A stretch of DNA of 64,000 nt from a bacterium (lineage in GTDB: Bacteria > UBA8248), in contig CBDCRP010000003.1 of the NCBI GenBank assembly GCA_965221165.1, forward strand, positions 1,184,001 through 1,248,000. The letters run 5' to 3'. The translations under genes were made by a program, and so were the position numbers. Shown in pieces: positions 1-10,652 of the stretch. Position 1 is the stretch's first letter, and each line of letters opens with the position of its first letter. The notes under the pieces were generated by a model. The model worked only from the letters and a program-made list of their open reading frames with translations. It was not told where the DNA came from and made no database searches.

Positions 1-1046
1 CGCCCTTCGGCTACGTTCAGGCCATCGGCGAGATAGGAGTTGCGCATCACCGCTTCTCTCAGGCCCAGATTGGCCAACTCCAAAGCGTAGGGCAGCACGG
101 CGTTGGACAACGCGATGGTGCTTGTGCGGGGAACGACTCCCGGCATGTTCGCCACGCCGTAGTGGACGACGCCGTCGATGACATAGGTGGGATCCGAATG
201 ATAGGTGAGTCGTATTGTCTCCACACAACCGCCCTGGTCCACCGCCACATCCACGATGACGGCGCCCGGGTTCATCTCCCCGAGCATCTCGCGAGAAACC
301 AGAACGGGCGTGCGCCCACCGGGAACCAAAACGGCGCCGATGACCAAATCCGCCTCGCGGAGAGCCTCCCGAACGGTGAAGCGCGTGGATACCAAAGTCT
401 TGACCCGCCCGTCGAAAATATCGTCGATATATTCGAGCCGTGCATGGTTGATGTCGAAAACCGTGACGCCCGCGTGCATTCCGACCGCTATTTTCGCCGC
501 GTTTTTTCCCACGATGCCCGCTCCGAGGATGACAACGTTCCCTCGGGGGACACCCGGCGCTCCGGCAAGCAATACACCACGACCTCCTAAGTTTTTTCCC
601 AGGTACTTGGCCCCTTCCTGAACGGCCATCCTGCCCGCTATCTCGCTCATGGGCTGCAAAATGGGCAAAACGCCATCGGGCGAACTCACCGTCTCGAACG
701 CGACGCCATAAGTTCCGCTCTCCACGATCGCACGAGCGAGGGGCCGGCAGGCGGCCAGATGCAAAAAAGCGAATAAAATCTGTCCTTCGCGCATCAGCGA
801 GAACTCTGATTCCAGGGGCTCCTTGACCTTGACGATCATCTCCCCCTCCGCCCAGAGTTCCTCCGCGGATGAAACGAGGCGCGCGCCCGCAAACTCGTAG
901 TCCTCATCTGGAATGCCGGCTTCCAGGCCTGCCCCCGTCTCCACCATCACGGTGTGCCCCGCCTCCGAGAGGGCCTCTACGGCGCCGGGCGAGAGGGCGA
1001 CCCTGTATTCATCCTGTTTGATTTCCCTGAGCAGCGCGATTTTCAT
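1..1046 (-). CDS. ald: Alanine dehydrogenase, partial (runs off left edge)
   Basis: Not in ORF track; manual translation from ATG 1046: MKIALLREIKQDEYRVALSPGAV...IVKVKEP...FAFLHLAA, typical AlaDH motifs; ATGA overlap with upstream thioesterase stop. Confidence 0.9.
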   Translation of the reverse strand, partial: MKIALLREIKQDEYRVALSPGAVEALSEAGHTVMVETGAGLEAGIPDEDYEFAGARLVSSAEELWAEGEMIVKVKEPLESEFSLMREGQILFAFLHLAACRPLARAIVESGTYGVAFETVSSPDGVLPILQPMSEIAGRMAVQEGAKYLGKNLGGRGVLLAGAPGVPRGNVVILGAGIVGKNAAKIAVGMHAGVTVFDINHARLEYIDDIFDGRVKTLVSTRFTVREALREADLVIGAVLVPGGRTPVLVSREMLGEMNPGAVIVDVAVDQGGCVETIRLTYHSDPTYVIDGVVHYGVANMPGVVPRTSTIALSNAVLPYALELANLGLREAVMRNSYLADGLNVAEG

Positions 1047-1501
1047 AAACCGCCCATCCCCTCTTCCACGACATGAAACGTACTCTCCGCCTCGGCAACG
1101 GCTTGGCCGTCTTCCTCCCTGGTCGCTTTTCCCTCCAGGACGACGAATCTGCCCTTTTTCTTCTTCAACCTTCCCTCGAGCAACAAGGGGGTGCCGACCG
1201 GAAGAGGGTCCCGATAACGAATTTCGCTTCGCGCCGAGTAGGCGCGAACACCCTTCAGGAAAAGCCAATTCGCCATGACATCATCGAGAACGCTAAAGAC
1301 GATTCCGCCGTGCGTGACGCCGTCGTAGCCCTGATGCACGGACTCCGGCGTAAACTCCGCGCGGCAGACATCGCCATCGAGCCGGAAAGTGATTTTCAGG
1401 CCTATCGGGTTCTCGGACCCACAGACAAAACAACCATCCGCATCCGGACGTCCTCTCGAATCAGACAATGGCGCTTCTCCACTTGATTTCAGGACAAACA
1501 A
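1043..1501 (-). CDS. PaaI/hotdog-fold thioesterase
   Basis: CFVCGSENPIGL and HQGYDGVTHGGIVFSVLDD motifs; true start may be a few codons downstream. Confidence 0.85.
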   Translation of the reverse strand: MFVLKSSGEAPLSDSRGRPDADGCFVCGSENPIGLKITFRLDGDVCRAEFTPESVHQGYDGVTHGGIVFSVLDDVMANWLFLKGVRAYSARSEIRYRDPLPVGTPLLLEGRLKKKKGRFVVLEGKATREEDGQAVAEAESTFHVVEEGMGGL

Positions 1502-1530
1502 AAAAGGAGAGCCTCAGCGGCTCTCCTTTG
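1500..1530 (-). terminator. Intrinsic terminator after rplQ
   Basis: Minus strand AAAGGAGAGCC-GCTGA-GGCTCTCCTTT hairpin followed by T run. Confidence 0.85.
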
Positions 1531-1552
1531 AGCGTCTAACATATTTCGCCCT

Positions 1553-1975
1553 CTATCCTTCCCCTTGGGCCTCTCTTTTTTTCAGGCGACGCTCCCGTCT
1601 TTCTTCTTCTCTCGAGGTATCCCTGTCGATCAATTCGAGGAGCGCCATGGGCGCGGCGTCTCCCTGCCTGGGCGGAAGGCGCAGAATACGGGTATAGCCA
1701 CCTGGCCGCTCCGCATACCTCGGGGCGATGGTCTCCATGAGCTTGGCGACAGCGCCCGGTGTCTTGAGATAAGAGGCGACCCGACGCCGCGCATGCAGCG
1801 TGCCTTTCTTGCCCACGGTGATGATGCGCTCGGCGTGGCGGCGAACCTCCTTGGCCTTCGCCAGCGTCGTTCGCACCCTCTCCTCGTCGATGAGAGAAGT
1901 CACCATGTTCCTCGTCATCGCATCCCGATGCTTCGAGGTGCGTCCCAGTTTTCTGCCATGCCATCGATGCCGCAT
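1553..1975 (-). CDS. rplQ: 50S ribosomal protein L17
   Basis: MRHR..GRKLGRTSKHR, RPGGYTRIL. Confidence 0.98.
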   Translation of the reverse strand: MRHRWHGRKLGRTSKHRDAMTRNMVTSLIDEERVRTTLAKAKEVRRHAERIITVGKKGTLHARRRVASYLKTPGAVAKLMETIAPRYAERPGGYTRILRLPPRQGDAAPMALLELIDRDTSREEERRERRLKKREAQGEG

Positions 1976-1986
1976 CTTTTTATACC

Positions 1987-3006
1987 CTATCCTTGTTCGG
2001 AATCATCCCGCCCGCTCAATTCGCGCGACGTGAGATTCATATAGCTCAAATCCATTCCCAGGGACAAACCCATTCCCGTAAGGATATCACGAATTTCATT
2101 CAAACTCTTGCGTCCAAAGTTCCTCGTTCTCAGCAACTCGCTTTCTGATTTTTGCACCAATTCGCCCAACGTACGGATCCGCGCGTTTTTCAGGCAGTTA
2201 TAGCTGCGAACCGAAAGCTCCAACTCCTCCACGCTTCTGCCGAGGCTCTCCATTATTCTTTGCCTGCGCTCATCCACCTTGGGCGCCTGGGGCGCACGCT
2301 CTTCTTCAAAGTTGATGAATATCTGAAGGTTGTCCTTCAAAATCTTCGCCGCGTGGGCGACCGCATCCACGGGGGCGATGGTTCCATTCGTCTCCACGTC
2401 GAAAATCAGCTTGTCATAGTCCGTAATATCGCCCACCCGCGTTTTTTCCACCTGAAAGGTGCAGCGGCGGATGGGAGAGAAGATGGCGTCCATCGGGATG
2501 AACTGGGGGCCGAGGGACAAATCCACGTTTTTCTCCGCGGGCACGTAGCCGCGACCGATGTTCGCCACGAGTTCCACGTCGAGTTCCGCCTCATCGTTCA
2601 TGTTGGCGATCTCCAAATCGGGAGTCAGCACCTTCACGCCCGCAGGAGCTTCGATATCTCCCGCCTTGAACGCGCCGGCGGAACCCGAATGCCGGTAATG
2701 CATGTGAACCGGCCAATTTTCCGATTCCACGTCGATGACAACGTCTTTAAGGTTCAGGATAATTTCCGTCACATCTTCCATGACGCCCGGAATGCTCGAA
2801 AACTCATGAAACACGCCCTCGATGCGCACACCCGTGAACGCGGCCCCTGGCAGTGAAGACAAAATCACTCGACGAAGCGCATTACCCAGCGTAACGCCAT
2901 ACCCGCGCTCCAGCGGCTCGGCGATAAAGCGGCCGAAAGTATCGGTCAAACTCTCCGGCTGCGGTTCCAGGCCCGTGGGTTTGACCAGCTCAGCAATAGC
3001 TGTCAT
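1987..3006 (-). CDS. rpoA: RNA polymerase alpha subunit
   Basis: EPLERGYGVTLGNALRR, LSVRSYNCL, NFGRKSLNEI. Confidence 0.99.
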   Translation of the reverse strand: MTAIAELVKPTGLEPQPESLTDTFGRFIAEPLERGYGVTLGNALRRVILSSLPGAAFTGVRIEGVFHEFSSIPGVMEDVTEIILNLKDVVIDVESENWPVHMHYRHSGSAGAFKAGDIEAPAGVKVLTPDLEIANMNDEAELDVELVANIGRGYVPAEKNVDLSLGPQFIPMDAIFSPIRRCTFQVEKTRVGDITDYDKLIFDVETNGTIAPVDAVAHAAKILKDNLQIFINFEEERAPQAPKVDERRQRIMESLGRSVEELELSVRSYNCLKNARIRTLGELVQKSESELLRTRNFGRKSLNEIRDILTGMGLSLGMDLSYMNLTSRELSGRDDSEQG

Positions 3007-3073
3007 TTCTATTGGTCCTCCGTTCGGCGGTTGACCACTTTTTGAAACAAGTTGGTCGAAACACGCTCGTCAT

Positions 3074-3706
3074 TTATTTGGAATACAGTTCCACTATTTG
3101 TTGCGCGTTGATGTCAACCTGGGAGTCAAGCAAACTGGGCGGCTCCAGGACACGCGCTTGCAGATCCGCATGGTCCACATCCAGCCAGGCGGGAGCGCCA
3201 CGCACCTTCCCCTTCTCCGCGCTTTGCACAACCAGCGAATTTTTCTTGCTTTTCTCTTTTATTTCGACGACATCACCCTTTCTCACGACGAACGCCGGGC
3301 GATTCACCTTCTTGCCATTCACCCGAATGTGGTTGTGAATCACCAGTTGACGCGCCTGATTGCGCGAATCTGCAAAGCTCGCCCGGAATACGACGTTATC
3401 GAGCCGGGATTCGAGCAGTGAAAAAAGGTTGTCGCCGGTGACGCCTTTGCGCCGCGCCGCTTCTTTGTAATAAAGCCGAAACTGTTTTTCCAGCACGCCG
3501 TACACCCGGCGCGCCTTTTGTTTCTCACGAAGCTGAAGCCCGTATTCGCTCACCTTTCCCCGCGAACGCGCCGCCCCATGCTGCCCCGGCGGAAAGCTCC
3601 GCTTCTCGAAAGAGCATTTATCCCCGATGCAGCGATCGCCCTTCAAGAAGAGCTTCATCCCTTCCCTTCGGCAAAGCCGACAAACCGAATCCTTATATCG
3701 CGCCAA
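3074..3706 (-). CDS. rpsD: 30S ribosomal protein S4
   Basis: MARY...[19 protein letters not shown]. Confidence 0.99.
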   Translation of the reverse strand: MARYKDSVCRLCRREGMKLFLKGDRCIGDKCSFEKRSFPPGQHGAARSRGKVSEYGLQLREKQKARRVYGVLEKQFRLYYKEAARRKGVTGDNLFSLLESRLDNVVFRASFADSRNQARQLVIHNHIRVNGKKVNRPAFVVRKGDVVEIKEKSKKNSLVVQSAEKGKVRGAPAWLDVDHADLQARVLEPPSLLDSQVDINAQQIVELYSK

Positions 3707-3732
3707 AATTCAAACTCCCTTTTCGCCTTGAC

Positions 3733-4134
3733 CTAGACCCGACGCCGTTTGCGTGGACGGCATCCATTATGGGGAATAGGCGTCACGTCACGAATGAGAC
3801 TCACCTCGAGCCCCGCCGCGGCCAGCGAGCGAATTGCCGCTTCGCGGCCGGAACCGGGTCCACTCACGTATACCTCCACCGAAGTCACGCCAAGATCCAA
3901 CGCTTTTTTGGCGACATCCGCGGCGGCCATCTGCGCAGCGAAAGGCGTGCTCTTGCGGGAACCCTTGAAGCCCTGCCCCCCGGCCGTCGACCAACAAACC
4001 ACGTTCCCTCCCGTGTCGGAAATCGAGATCATGGTGTTGTTGAAAGTCGCCAAAATGTGAGCCTGGCCCTTACCAATGGCTCTCCGTTCGCGGCGGCGTT
4101 TTCCACCGCGTTTTCCTCTGCCCGCTTGCGCCAA
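3733..4134 (-). CDS. rpsK: 30S ribosomal protein S11
   Basis: [23 protein letters not shown]. Confidence 0.99.
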   Translation of the reverse strand: MAQAGRGKRGGKRRRERRAIGKGQAHILATFNNTMISISDTGGNVVCWSTAGGQGFKGSRKSTPFAAQMAAADVAKKALDLGVTSVEVYVSGPGSGREAAIRSLAAAGLEVSLIRDVTPIPHNGCRPRKRRRV

Positions 4135-4172
4135 CTGAAATCTCCTACCCTATAAGAGGCGAAATAAAAAAA

Positions 4173-4547
4173 TCAGCTATCCTTTTTCCTTGCGCCCACC
4201 GTCTTGCGCGGCCCCTTGCGGGTGCGCGCGTTCGTGTGCGTCCTTTGCCCGCGAACGGGGAGGCCACGGCGGTGCCGAAGCCCCCTGTAGGTGCCGATGT
4301 CCATCAATCTCTTGATGTTCATGGTCACCCGGCTCCTCAAGTCCCCCTCCACCGCATAGCTACGCTCGATAATCTCACGCAAGGTCTGCACCTCGGGCTC
4401 GGAGAGGTCCTTCACCTTGGAGAAGGCATTGATTTTCGCTTCTTCCACTATCTTGTTCGCGGAAGTCCGCCCGATTCCATAGATATACGTCAAAGCGATG
4501 TTGATGTTCTTATCGTTGGGAATATCCACTCCGGCAATACGGGCCAT
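4173..4547 (-). CDS. rpsM: 30S ribosomal protein S13
   Basis: [24 protein letters not shown]. Confidence 0.99.
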   Translation of the reverse strand: MARIAGVDIPNDKNINIALTYIYGIGRTSANKIVEEAKINAFSKVKDLSEPEVQTLREIIERSYAVEGDLRSRVTMNIKRLMDIGTYRGLRHRRGLPVRGQRTHTNARTRKGPRKTVGARKKDS

Positions 4548-4578
4548 TCGCGTTCTCCTTTATTTCTTTTTCGCCGCC

Positions 4579-4692
4579 TCAGCCTTGGCGCTGTTTGTGC
4601 TTCGGGTTCGAACACAAGACGCGCACGACACCTTTTCGGCGGATGACCTTACACTTATCACACATTGGTTTCACGGAACTTCTCACCTTCAT
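4579..4692 (-). CDS. rpmJ: 50S ribosomal protein L36 (zinc-ribbon type)
   Basis: Below ORF-track cutoff; manual translation [37 protein letters not shown]. Confidence 0.97.
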   Translation of the reverse strand: MKVRSSVKPMCDKCKVIRRKGVVRVLCSNPKHKQRQG

Positions 4693-4721
4693 GGCCTGAC
4701 TCCAAATTTCACCCGAAACAT

Positions 4722-5009
4722 CTATTTATAACGACTCGTTATCCGCCCTCTCGTCAAATCGTAGGGGGAGAGTTCCACTTTGACGTTATCCCCGGGTAGA
4801 ATTCGGATGAAGTGCATCCGCATTTTCCCCGAGATATGGGCCAATACCTTGTGGCCTCCTTCGAGTTCTACACGAAACATAGCGTTCGGCAGAGGCTCCA
4901 CGACGATTCCATCCACCTCTATCACGCCTTCCTTGGGGGCACGCTCCTCTCGCTCGACTTGATCGCGCTTTCTCTGCTTCCGGCTCCCCTGTCGACGTGG
5001 TCTCCTCAT
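4722..5009 (-). CDS. infA: Translation initiation factor IF-1, apparently N-terminally extended
   Basis: [10 protein letters not shown]...[17 protein letters not shown]; start placed at ATG overlapping the map stop (ATGA); start uncertain. Confidence 0.93.
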   Translation of the reverse strand: MRRPRRQGSRKQRKRDQVEREERAPKEGVIEVDGIVVEPLPNAMFRVELEGGHKVLAHISGKMRMHFIRILPGDNVKVELSPYDLTRGRITSRYK

Positions 5010-5761
5010 GCGGCAAGGCTCAGAATATCCGGGCCGTTCTCGGTAATGGCGACGGAATGCTCGAAATGCGCAGAGAGTTTCTCGTCCGCAGTGACGACTG
5101 TCCATTCATCACTTAAAACCTTCACGTCATGAACTCCCATGTTCAGCATGGGCTCAATCGCCAGAACCATGCCCGCCTTCAACTCCAGCCCCGTGCCGGG
5201 TTCGCCGAAATTCGGAACCTGGGGCTCTTCGTGAAGATTCGTTCCCACCCCATGCCCCACATAGGAGCGAACCACCGAAAAACCAGCGCTTTCCGCATGC
5301 TTTTGCACGGCATGTGAAATATCAAACAACCGGTTGCCCGGTTTGGCCTGCTCGATCCCCTTGAAAAGCGACTCCTCGCAGTATTTCAACAACTCTTTCG
5401 CCTTGGAATCCACGTTTCCCACGGGGAAGGTGACCGCATGATCGCCATAGTAGCCATACAATTTCGCCCCGACATCCACGCTGACGATATCTCCTTCTTT
5501 CAGCTTCTTCCCGGAGGGCACCCCATGAACGACCTCTTCGTTCACAGAAGCGCATATAGTGTGCTTATAGCCCCTGTAACCCTTGAAAGCGGGTATCGCC
5601 CCCTGCTCGCGAATGATCCTCTCCGCCAAGACATCCAACTCCAAGGTCGTGACGCCCGGCTGAATCGCTCTTTTGAGTTCCGCCATGACGCTCATCACCA
5701 CCTGGTTGCTCGCTCGCAGCCGCTCTATTTCTTTTCGTGAACGAAGGATGATAGCCATCAC
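5006..5761 (-). CDS. map: Type I methionine aminopeptidase
   Basis: [31 protein letters not shown]. Confidence 0.98.
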   Translation of the reverse strand: MMAIILRSRKEIERLRASNQVVMSVMAELKRAIQPGVTTLELDVLAERIIREQGAIPAFKGYRGYKHTICASVNEEVVHGVPSGKKLKEGDIVSVDVGAKLYGYYGDHAVTFPVGNVDSKAKELLKYCEESLFKGIEQAKPGNRLFDISHAVQKHAESAGFSVVRSYVGHGVGTNLHEEPQVPNFGEPGTGLELKAGMVLAIEPMLNMGVHDVKVLSDEWTVVTADEKLSAHFEHSVAITENGPDILSLAA

Positions 5762-6387
5762 GCAAGCACCTGGGCAATACCTTCCTCTACCCTCCGCGCG
5801 ATTTCCTCCATGCTACCCTCGGCCTTGATTTCCGCGAGCTTGCCTTTCTCCCGATAAAACGTCACCAACGGCTCGGTATGCTCTTCATACACCCGAAGGC
5901 GCCGAAGCACCGTGCTTTTCATGTCGTCTTCGCGCTGGTAGAGGTCTCCCCCGCAGGCGGAGCAAAACGAAGTGTCCTTGTGGGGATACACGGCGCCGCA
6001 TTTCGTGCACGTGAGCCTCCCCGCCAGCCGCGACACTACGGCTTCGCTCGATACGTTCAAATAGATAACCACATCCACGCCTTCGGGCAAAACTCTTTCC
6101 AGGGCCTCGCCCTGTTCAATCGTCCTGGGAAAACCATCCAGGATAAATCCATTACCACAGTCTGCTCGGGAAATGCGCTCCTCGATGACCGAGATGATAA
6201 GATCATCCGGCACGAGTTGGCCCTTGTTGATGATCCCCCCTACCTGCCGGCCGAGCATCGTCTCCTCCGCCACCGCCTGCCGCAACATGTCTCCCGTCGA
6301 GATTTCGGGCACCTGCAGGGATTTCGAGAGCGTAGCGCCCTGGGTGCCTTTTCCCGATCCTGGAGGGCCTAGAAGAATAATTTTCAT
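5758..6387 (-). CDS. adk: Adenylate kinase (Zn-LID type)
   Basis: GPPGSGKGTQ, GFILDGFPRT, CTKC..CSAC LID. Confidence 0.98.
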   Translation of the reverse strand: MKIILLGPPGSGKGTQGATLSKSLQVPEISTGDMLRQAVAEETMLGRQVGGIINKGQLVPDDLIISVIEERISRADCGNGFILDGFPRTIEQGEALERVLPEGVDVVIYLNVSSEAVVSRLAGRLTCTKCGAVYPHKDTSFCSACGGDLYQREDDMKSTVLRRLRVYEEHTEPLVTFYREKGKLAEIKAEGSMEEIARRVEEGIAQVLA

Positions 6388-6390
6388 CCG

Positions 6391-7713
6391 CTAACCCGCA
6401 CGCCCCCGAATGCGCCCGCGACGCAGGAACCCTTCATAATTTCTCATCACCAAATGAGACTCGATCTGCCGCTGGGTATCCACCGCCACGCCCACGACAA
6501 TCAAAAGCGCCGTTCCGCCAAAGAAAAACGGCACGTTGAACCACTGGATCAGATAAGTGGGCAATATGACGATGGCGCTCAGGTAGATGGCGCCCAGAAA
6601 CGTCAGCCGGCTCAGAGTGCGGTCGATATAATCCGCAGTAGGCCGTCCCGGACGTCTTCCGGGAATGAAGCCGCCATACTTTCTTAAATTCTCCGCCACG
6701 TCCACCGGATTGAATATAATGGCTGTATAAAAGTACGCAAAAAAGAAAATCAGCACGACCGTCAACACCACATACCAGGTGCTCGGCGGCGTAAGCGCCG
6801 TGCTCAACTGCTGGAGCCAGGCCACGTTCGAGAATTGCGCGATTGTGGCAGGGAAAAGAATCATGGAACTCGCGAAGATAGGCGGAATGACGCCGGACGT
6901 GTTGACCTTCAAGGGCAGGTGCGTTTCCTGGCCTCCCGCCATTTTCCGGCCCACCATCCGCTTCGCGTACTGGACCCTTAGTCGGCGCTGCCCTGCCTCG
7001 AACCAGACCACGAGGCCCACGACGGCCACCATCCCCACCGCCAGCAAAATCATGACGAAAGGCTGAAGTTCCCCGGTGCCTAGCAAGCGGAACGTATTGA
7101 TGATCGCGCCGGGCAGACCGGCGACGATGCCTGCGAAAATGATGAGGGAAATTCCGTTGCCTATCCCTCGCTCGGTAATTTGCTCTCCCAGCCACATGAT
7201 GAACGAAGTACCCGCCACCAGGGTCAAAACCGTCATCAACCGAAAACCCCAACCCGGGTCCGGAACCACGAGCGCTCCCGTGGGAGCGGACATCTGCTCT
7301 ATGCCGACGGCGATGCCGAAACCCTGCACCGTCGAGAGAAAGACCGTGCCGTAGCGCGTATACTGGTTGATCTTCTTGCGCCCCGAATCCCCTTCCTTTT
7401 TCAGACGCTCCAGATGGGGAACCGCTACCGTGAGCAACTCCAAAATAATGGAGGCGCTGATATAAGGCATGATGCCAAGGGCGAAAATCGTCAATTGGCT
7501 CAGGGCGCCGCCCGTGAAGAGGTCGAAAAACTGCATGAGGGTGCCGCCGCCGCGGCTCAATTCGGCGAAAAAAGCGGCCAGCGCCACGGTGTCGATACCA
7601 GGCGTGGGGATATGCGCTCCGATTCGGTAGACCGCCAGAATGCCGATCGTAAAGAGAATCCTGTTTTTCAGCTCGGGCACTTGAAAAATGCTGGGAACGC
7701 CGCCTTCCCTCAC
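6391..7713 (-). CDS. secY: Preprotein translocase SecY
   Basis: LGIMPYISASII, GIGNGISLIIFAGI, GVIPPIFASS. Confidence 0.99.
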   Translation of the reverse strand: MREGGVPSIFQVPELKNRILFTIGILAVYRIGAHIPTPGIDTVALAAFFAELSRGGGTLMQFFDLFTGGALSQLTIFALGIMPYISASIILELLTVAVPHLERLKKEGDSGRKKINQYTRYGTVFLSTVQGFGIAVGIEQMSAPTGALVVPDPGWGFRLMTVLTLVAGTSFIMWLGEQITERGIGNGISLIIFAGIVAGLPGAIINTFRLLGTGELQPFVMILLAVGMVAVVGLVVWFEAGQRRLRVQYAKRMVGRKMAGGQETHLPLKVNTSGVIPPIFASSMILFPATIAQFSNVAWLQQLSTALTPPSTWYVVLTVVLIFFFAYFYTAIIFNPVDVAENLRKYGGFIPGRRPGRPTADYIDRTLSRLTFLGAIYLSAIVILPTYLIQWFNVPFFFGGTALLIVVGVAVDTQRQIESHLVMRNYEGFLRRGRIRGRAG

Positions 7714-8222
7714 TCGCTTTTATCCTCCGGCTTCGCGGCGAGGGCCACAATCTCGACGCTTCCACCCGCGCTTTCGATTTTCCGGCGCGCCGATTCGCTG
7801 CATTTTTGAACTTTCAGGTGAAGCGCGCGATCCACATCGCCCTCGCCCAGGAGTTTGACGCCGTCTTTGGCTATTTTCCGAACCAGGCCGGCGGCCTGGA
7901 GGATTCCGGCGTCAACGCTGGCGCCCGGCGCCAGTGCACCCAAACGACCCACGTTCAACTCGGAAAACTCTTTTTTGAAGCGATTGCTGAACCCGCGTTT
8001 CGGCAAGCGGCGCTGGAGCGGCATTTGTCCGCCCTCGAAACCCACTTTTCGGCTATATCCGGAGCGTGATTTTTGCCCCTTATGCCCACGCGCCGAGGTT
8101 TTGCCCGTGCCGGAACCCGTTCCGCGCCCTACGCGCCGCCGGACTTTCACCGCCCCCTTCGGGGAGGACAAATCGCCCAGGCCCGTAAATGAATCTTCTG
8201 GCTTCGTATCGTTCTCGGACAT
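7710..8222 (-). CDS. rplO: 50S ribosomal protein L15
   Basis: GRGTGSGTGKTS, GFEGGQMPLQRRLPKRGF. Confidence 0.98.
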   Translation of the reverse strand: MSENDTKPEDSFTGLGDLSSPKGAVKVRRRVGRGTGSGTGKTSARGHKGQKSRSGYSRKVGFEGGQMPLQRRLPKRGFSNRFKKEFSELNVGRLGALAPGASVDAGILQAAGLVRKIAKDGVKLLGEGDVDRALHLKVQKCSESARRKIESAGGSVEIVALAAKPEDKSE

Positions 8223-8235
8223 ATGAATCCGGGAG

Positions 8236-8424
8236 CTAGGCCCCCTCCTCCACTTCTACGAGGTGCTTGATCTTGAACACCATGCCGCGAATGCAAGCGT
8301 TGTCCTTCTTCACGACCGTTTGGTTGATCCGCCTCAGACCCAAGCCATGTAAAACGGCGCGCTGCTTCACATTCGAGCCCGACGTGCTCTTTCTCAAGGT
8401 GATTTTAATTTTATCCTGCGCCAT
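8236..8424 (-). CDS. rpmD: 50S ribosomal protein L30
   Basis: [19 protein letters not shown]; operon position. Confidence 0.96.
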   Translation of the reverse strand: MAQDKIKITLRKSTSGSNVKQRAVLHGLGLRRINQTVVKKDNACIRGMVFKIKHLVEVEEGA

Positions 8425-8433
8425 CTCGTCCCT

Positions 8434-9084
8434 CTATTCTTCCCCACCACCACTTTCGGCCTCGCCGCCTTCGGCGTCGGCATGCCCGGCGTCACTGCCT
8501 TCACCGTCTACGACATCGCTATCCACGACTGCGGCGTTCTCCGCTTCCCCGCCTTCGGCGGTTTCTTCTTCGGCGCCGATTCCCCGAAGCGCGAAGACGT
8601 CTTCTCGGTTGCGCAGCGAGGCTAATCCCTGCAACGTCGCCTTGGCCGCGTTGTGCGGGTTGTTCGTACCGATGCACTTCGTCAATATGTCGCGCACGCC
8701 GGCGACATCGAGTACCGCGCGTACGGGACCACCGGCGATGACTCCCGTTCCCCGCGCCGCGGGCTTGAGCATCACCCGACCCGCGCCGAACCGACCCATC
8801 GTCTGATGGGGGATCGTCTCCTTGTCCAGCGATACTTTCACCATCGACTTGCGGGCTTTCTCCACACCCTTGCGAATGGCTTCGGGCACCTCGTTCGCCT
8901 TGCCCATGCCGATGCCGACCTGCCCTTTCCTGTCGCCGACGGTGACCAAGGCGCTGAAACTGAACCGCCGGCCACCTTTCACCACCTTGGCCACGCGATT
9001 CACATAGATGACCCGGTCGATAAATTCACGCTCCTCGGGATTCTCGGGCTCCCTGCCCCGGCCCCTTCTCGCTTCTCGCGCCAT
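8434..9084 (-). CDS. rpsE: 30S ribosomal protein S5 with acidic C-terminal tail
   Basis: [27 protein letters not shown]. Confidence 0.99.
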   Translation of the reverse strand: MAREARRGRGREPENPEEREFIDRVIYVNRVAKVVKGGRRFSFSALVTVGDRKGQVGIGMGKANEVPEAIRKGVEKARKSMVKVSLDKETIPHQTMGRFGAGRVMLKPAARGTGVIAGGPVRAVLDVAGVRDILTKCIGTNNPHNAAKATLQGLASLRNREDVFALRGIGAEEETAEGGEAENAAVVDSDVVDGEGSDAGHADAEGGEAESGGGEE

Positions 9085-9464
9085 CAGAAACTTACCCCCG
9101 TGTCTCTCACGCTATCGGCCAGCGCCTTTACGCGGCCGTGATAGAGATAGCCGTTGCGATCGAAAACCACTTTTTCCACGCCCCTGGCCTTCGCACGACC
9201 CGCCAGTAGCTTGCCGACGATAACGGCGCCCTCCACGTTGCTCCCGCCCGCGCTTTCGGCGGCCTTCGCCTCGGACGCAAAATCCTTCTCGCGCGAGGAG
9301 GCTGCTGCGAGGGTCTCACCCGAGATATCGTCTATCACCTGGGCATAGATGTGCGCACCGCTCCTGAATACCGTCAAACGCGGACGCTCGCTCGTCCCAC
9401 GGCTCTTTTTACGAATCCTCGTTTTTCGCTTGAGTCTCGCCTCAAGCTTACTCAATCGACCCAC
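9084..9464 (-). CDS. rplR: 50S ribosomal protein L18
   Basis: [27 protein letters not shown]. Confidence 0.98.
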   Translation of the reverse strand: MGRLSKLEARLKRKTRIRKKSRGTSERPRLTVFRSGAHIYAQVIDDISGETLAAASSREKDFASEAKAAESAGGSNVEGAVIVGKLLAGRAKARGVEKVVFDRNGYLYHGRVKALADSVRDTGVSF

Positions 9465-9481
9465 TTCCTAAACCTCCCGCT

Positions 9482-10027
9482 CTACACGCCGGCCTTGCCG
9501 ACTTTCCGGCGAACGGTCTCGTTCGCATAGCGGATGCCTTTGCCTTTATACGGCTCGGGGGGCTTCACCTTGCGGATCTCAGCAGCCACCCAGCCCACAA
9601 CCTGCTTGTCGATGCCCTTCACCTTGATCGCCGTTCGATTCCGGTCGCTCTGCACCTCGAAGGTGATGCCCTCGATGGGTTCGATGCTCACCGGATGCGA
9701 ATAACCGACGTTCAGGACAACTCCCTTGCCCCTCTCCTCCACGCGGTATCCCAGGCCGATGATCTCGAGTTCCTTCTCGTACCCCTTTGTCACGCCTTCG
9801 ACCATATTGGCGATCAGCGTGCGCGTGAGGCCGTGCAGCGACTTGTCCTGGCGGGATTCGCTGACTCGCGAAACGACGATGTTCCCCCCATCTATCTCCA
9901 CCTTGGGCCTGTGGTGCACCTCGAGGTCGAGTTCGCCCAGGGGTCCCTTGACAGAGATGCGCCGCCCATCGAGCTTCACATCCACACCCGAGGGTATGGG
10001 AATCGGCATTTTTCCGATGCGTGACAT
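9482..10027 (-). CDS. rplF: 50S ribosomal protein L6
   Basis: MSRIGKMPI, PPEPYKGKGIRY. Confidence 0.99.
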   Translation of the reverse strand: MSRIGKMPIPIPSGVDVKLDGRRISVKGPLGELDLEVHHRPKVEIDGGNIVVSRVSESRQDKSLHGLTRTLIANMVEGVTKGYEKELEIIGLGYRVEERGKGVVLNVGYSHPVSIEPIEGITFEVQSDRNRTAIKVKGIDKQVVGWVAAEIRKVKPPEPYKGKGIRYANETVRRKVGKAGV

Positions 10028-10037
10028 TCAAACCACC

Positions 10038-10439
10038 TCACCAAATTTCACAAAGAACTTCACCGCCCACACCCAGATTTCTCGCTTCCTCATCCGTCAC
10101 CACGCCTCGTGATGTCGTGAGAATGGCGATTCCCATGCCATTGAGGACCCTGGGAACCGACTCCTTGTTCACATACACCCGAAGGCCGGGCTTGCTGACG
10201 CGCTTGAGACCGGTCAGCACCTGCTTGCCGTCCTGAGGCGGCTTGAGTTGCACCCTGATCCGGGTCTGACCCGTCGGGCCGGGCTCGATATCATATCCTT
10301 TGATGTAGCCCTGGGACTTCAGGATTCCGACGACTCGCGCCTTCAATTGGCTTCCTGGAATCACAACGCTTTCATGCCCCGCGCGCACAGCATTGCGAAT
10401 GCGCGTCAGAAGATCGGCAATGGGATCGGTCATGCTCAT
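10038..10439 (-). CDS. rpsH: 30S ribosomal protein S8
   Basis: MTDPIADLLTRIRN, SKPGLRVY. Confidence 0.99.
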   Translation of the reverse strand: MSMTDPIADLLTRIRNAVRAGHESVVIPGSQLKARVVGILKSQGYIKGYDIEPGPTGQTRIRVQLKPPQDGKQVLTGLKRVSKPGLRVYVNKESVPRVLNGMGIAILTTSRGVVTDEEARNLGVGGEVLCEIW

Positions 10440-10455
10440 ATTCTTTGCTCTCCGA

Positions 10456-10641
10456 CTACCAGCTCGATTTCGTGACTCCCGGAATCTCGCCCTTGAGCGA
10501 TAATTCGCGGAAGCAGATTCGACAAATTTTAAAACGCCTCAAATAGCCTCGCGGACGCCCGCAACGCTGGCAGCGGTTATACGCCCGAACGCCGAACTTG
10601 GGCGTCTTCTTCTGTTTCGCAATCAAGCACTTTTTCGCCAC
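10456..10641 (-). CDS. rpsN: 30S ribosomal protein S14, type Z
   Basis: 61 aa, CQRCGRPRG...CRICFRE. Confidence 0.97.
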   Translation of the reverse strand: MAKKCLIAKQKKTPKFGVRAYNRCQRCGRPRGYLRRFKICRICFRELSLKGEIPGVTKSSW

Positions 10642-10652
10642 TGTTTTCCCTC

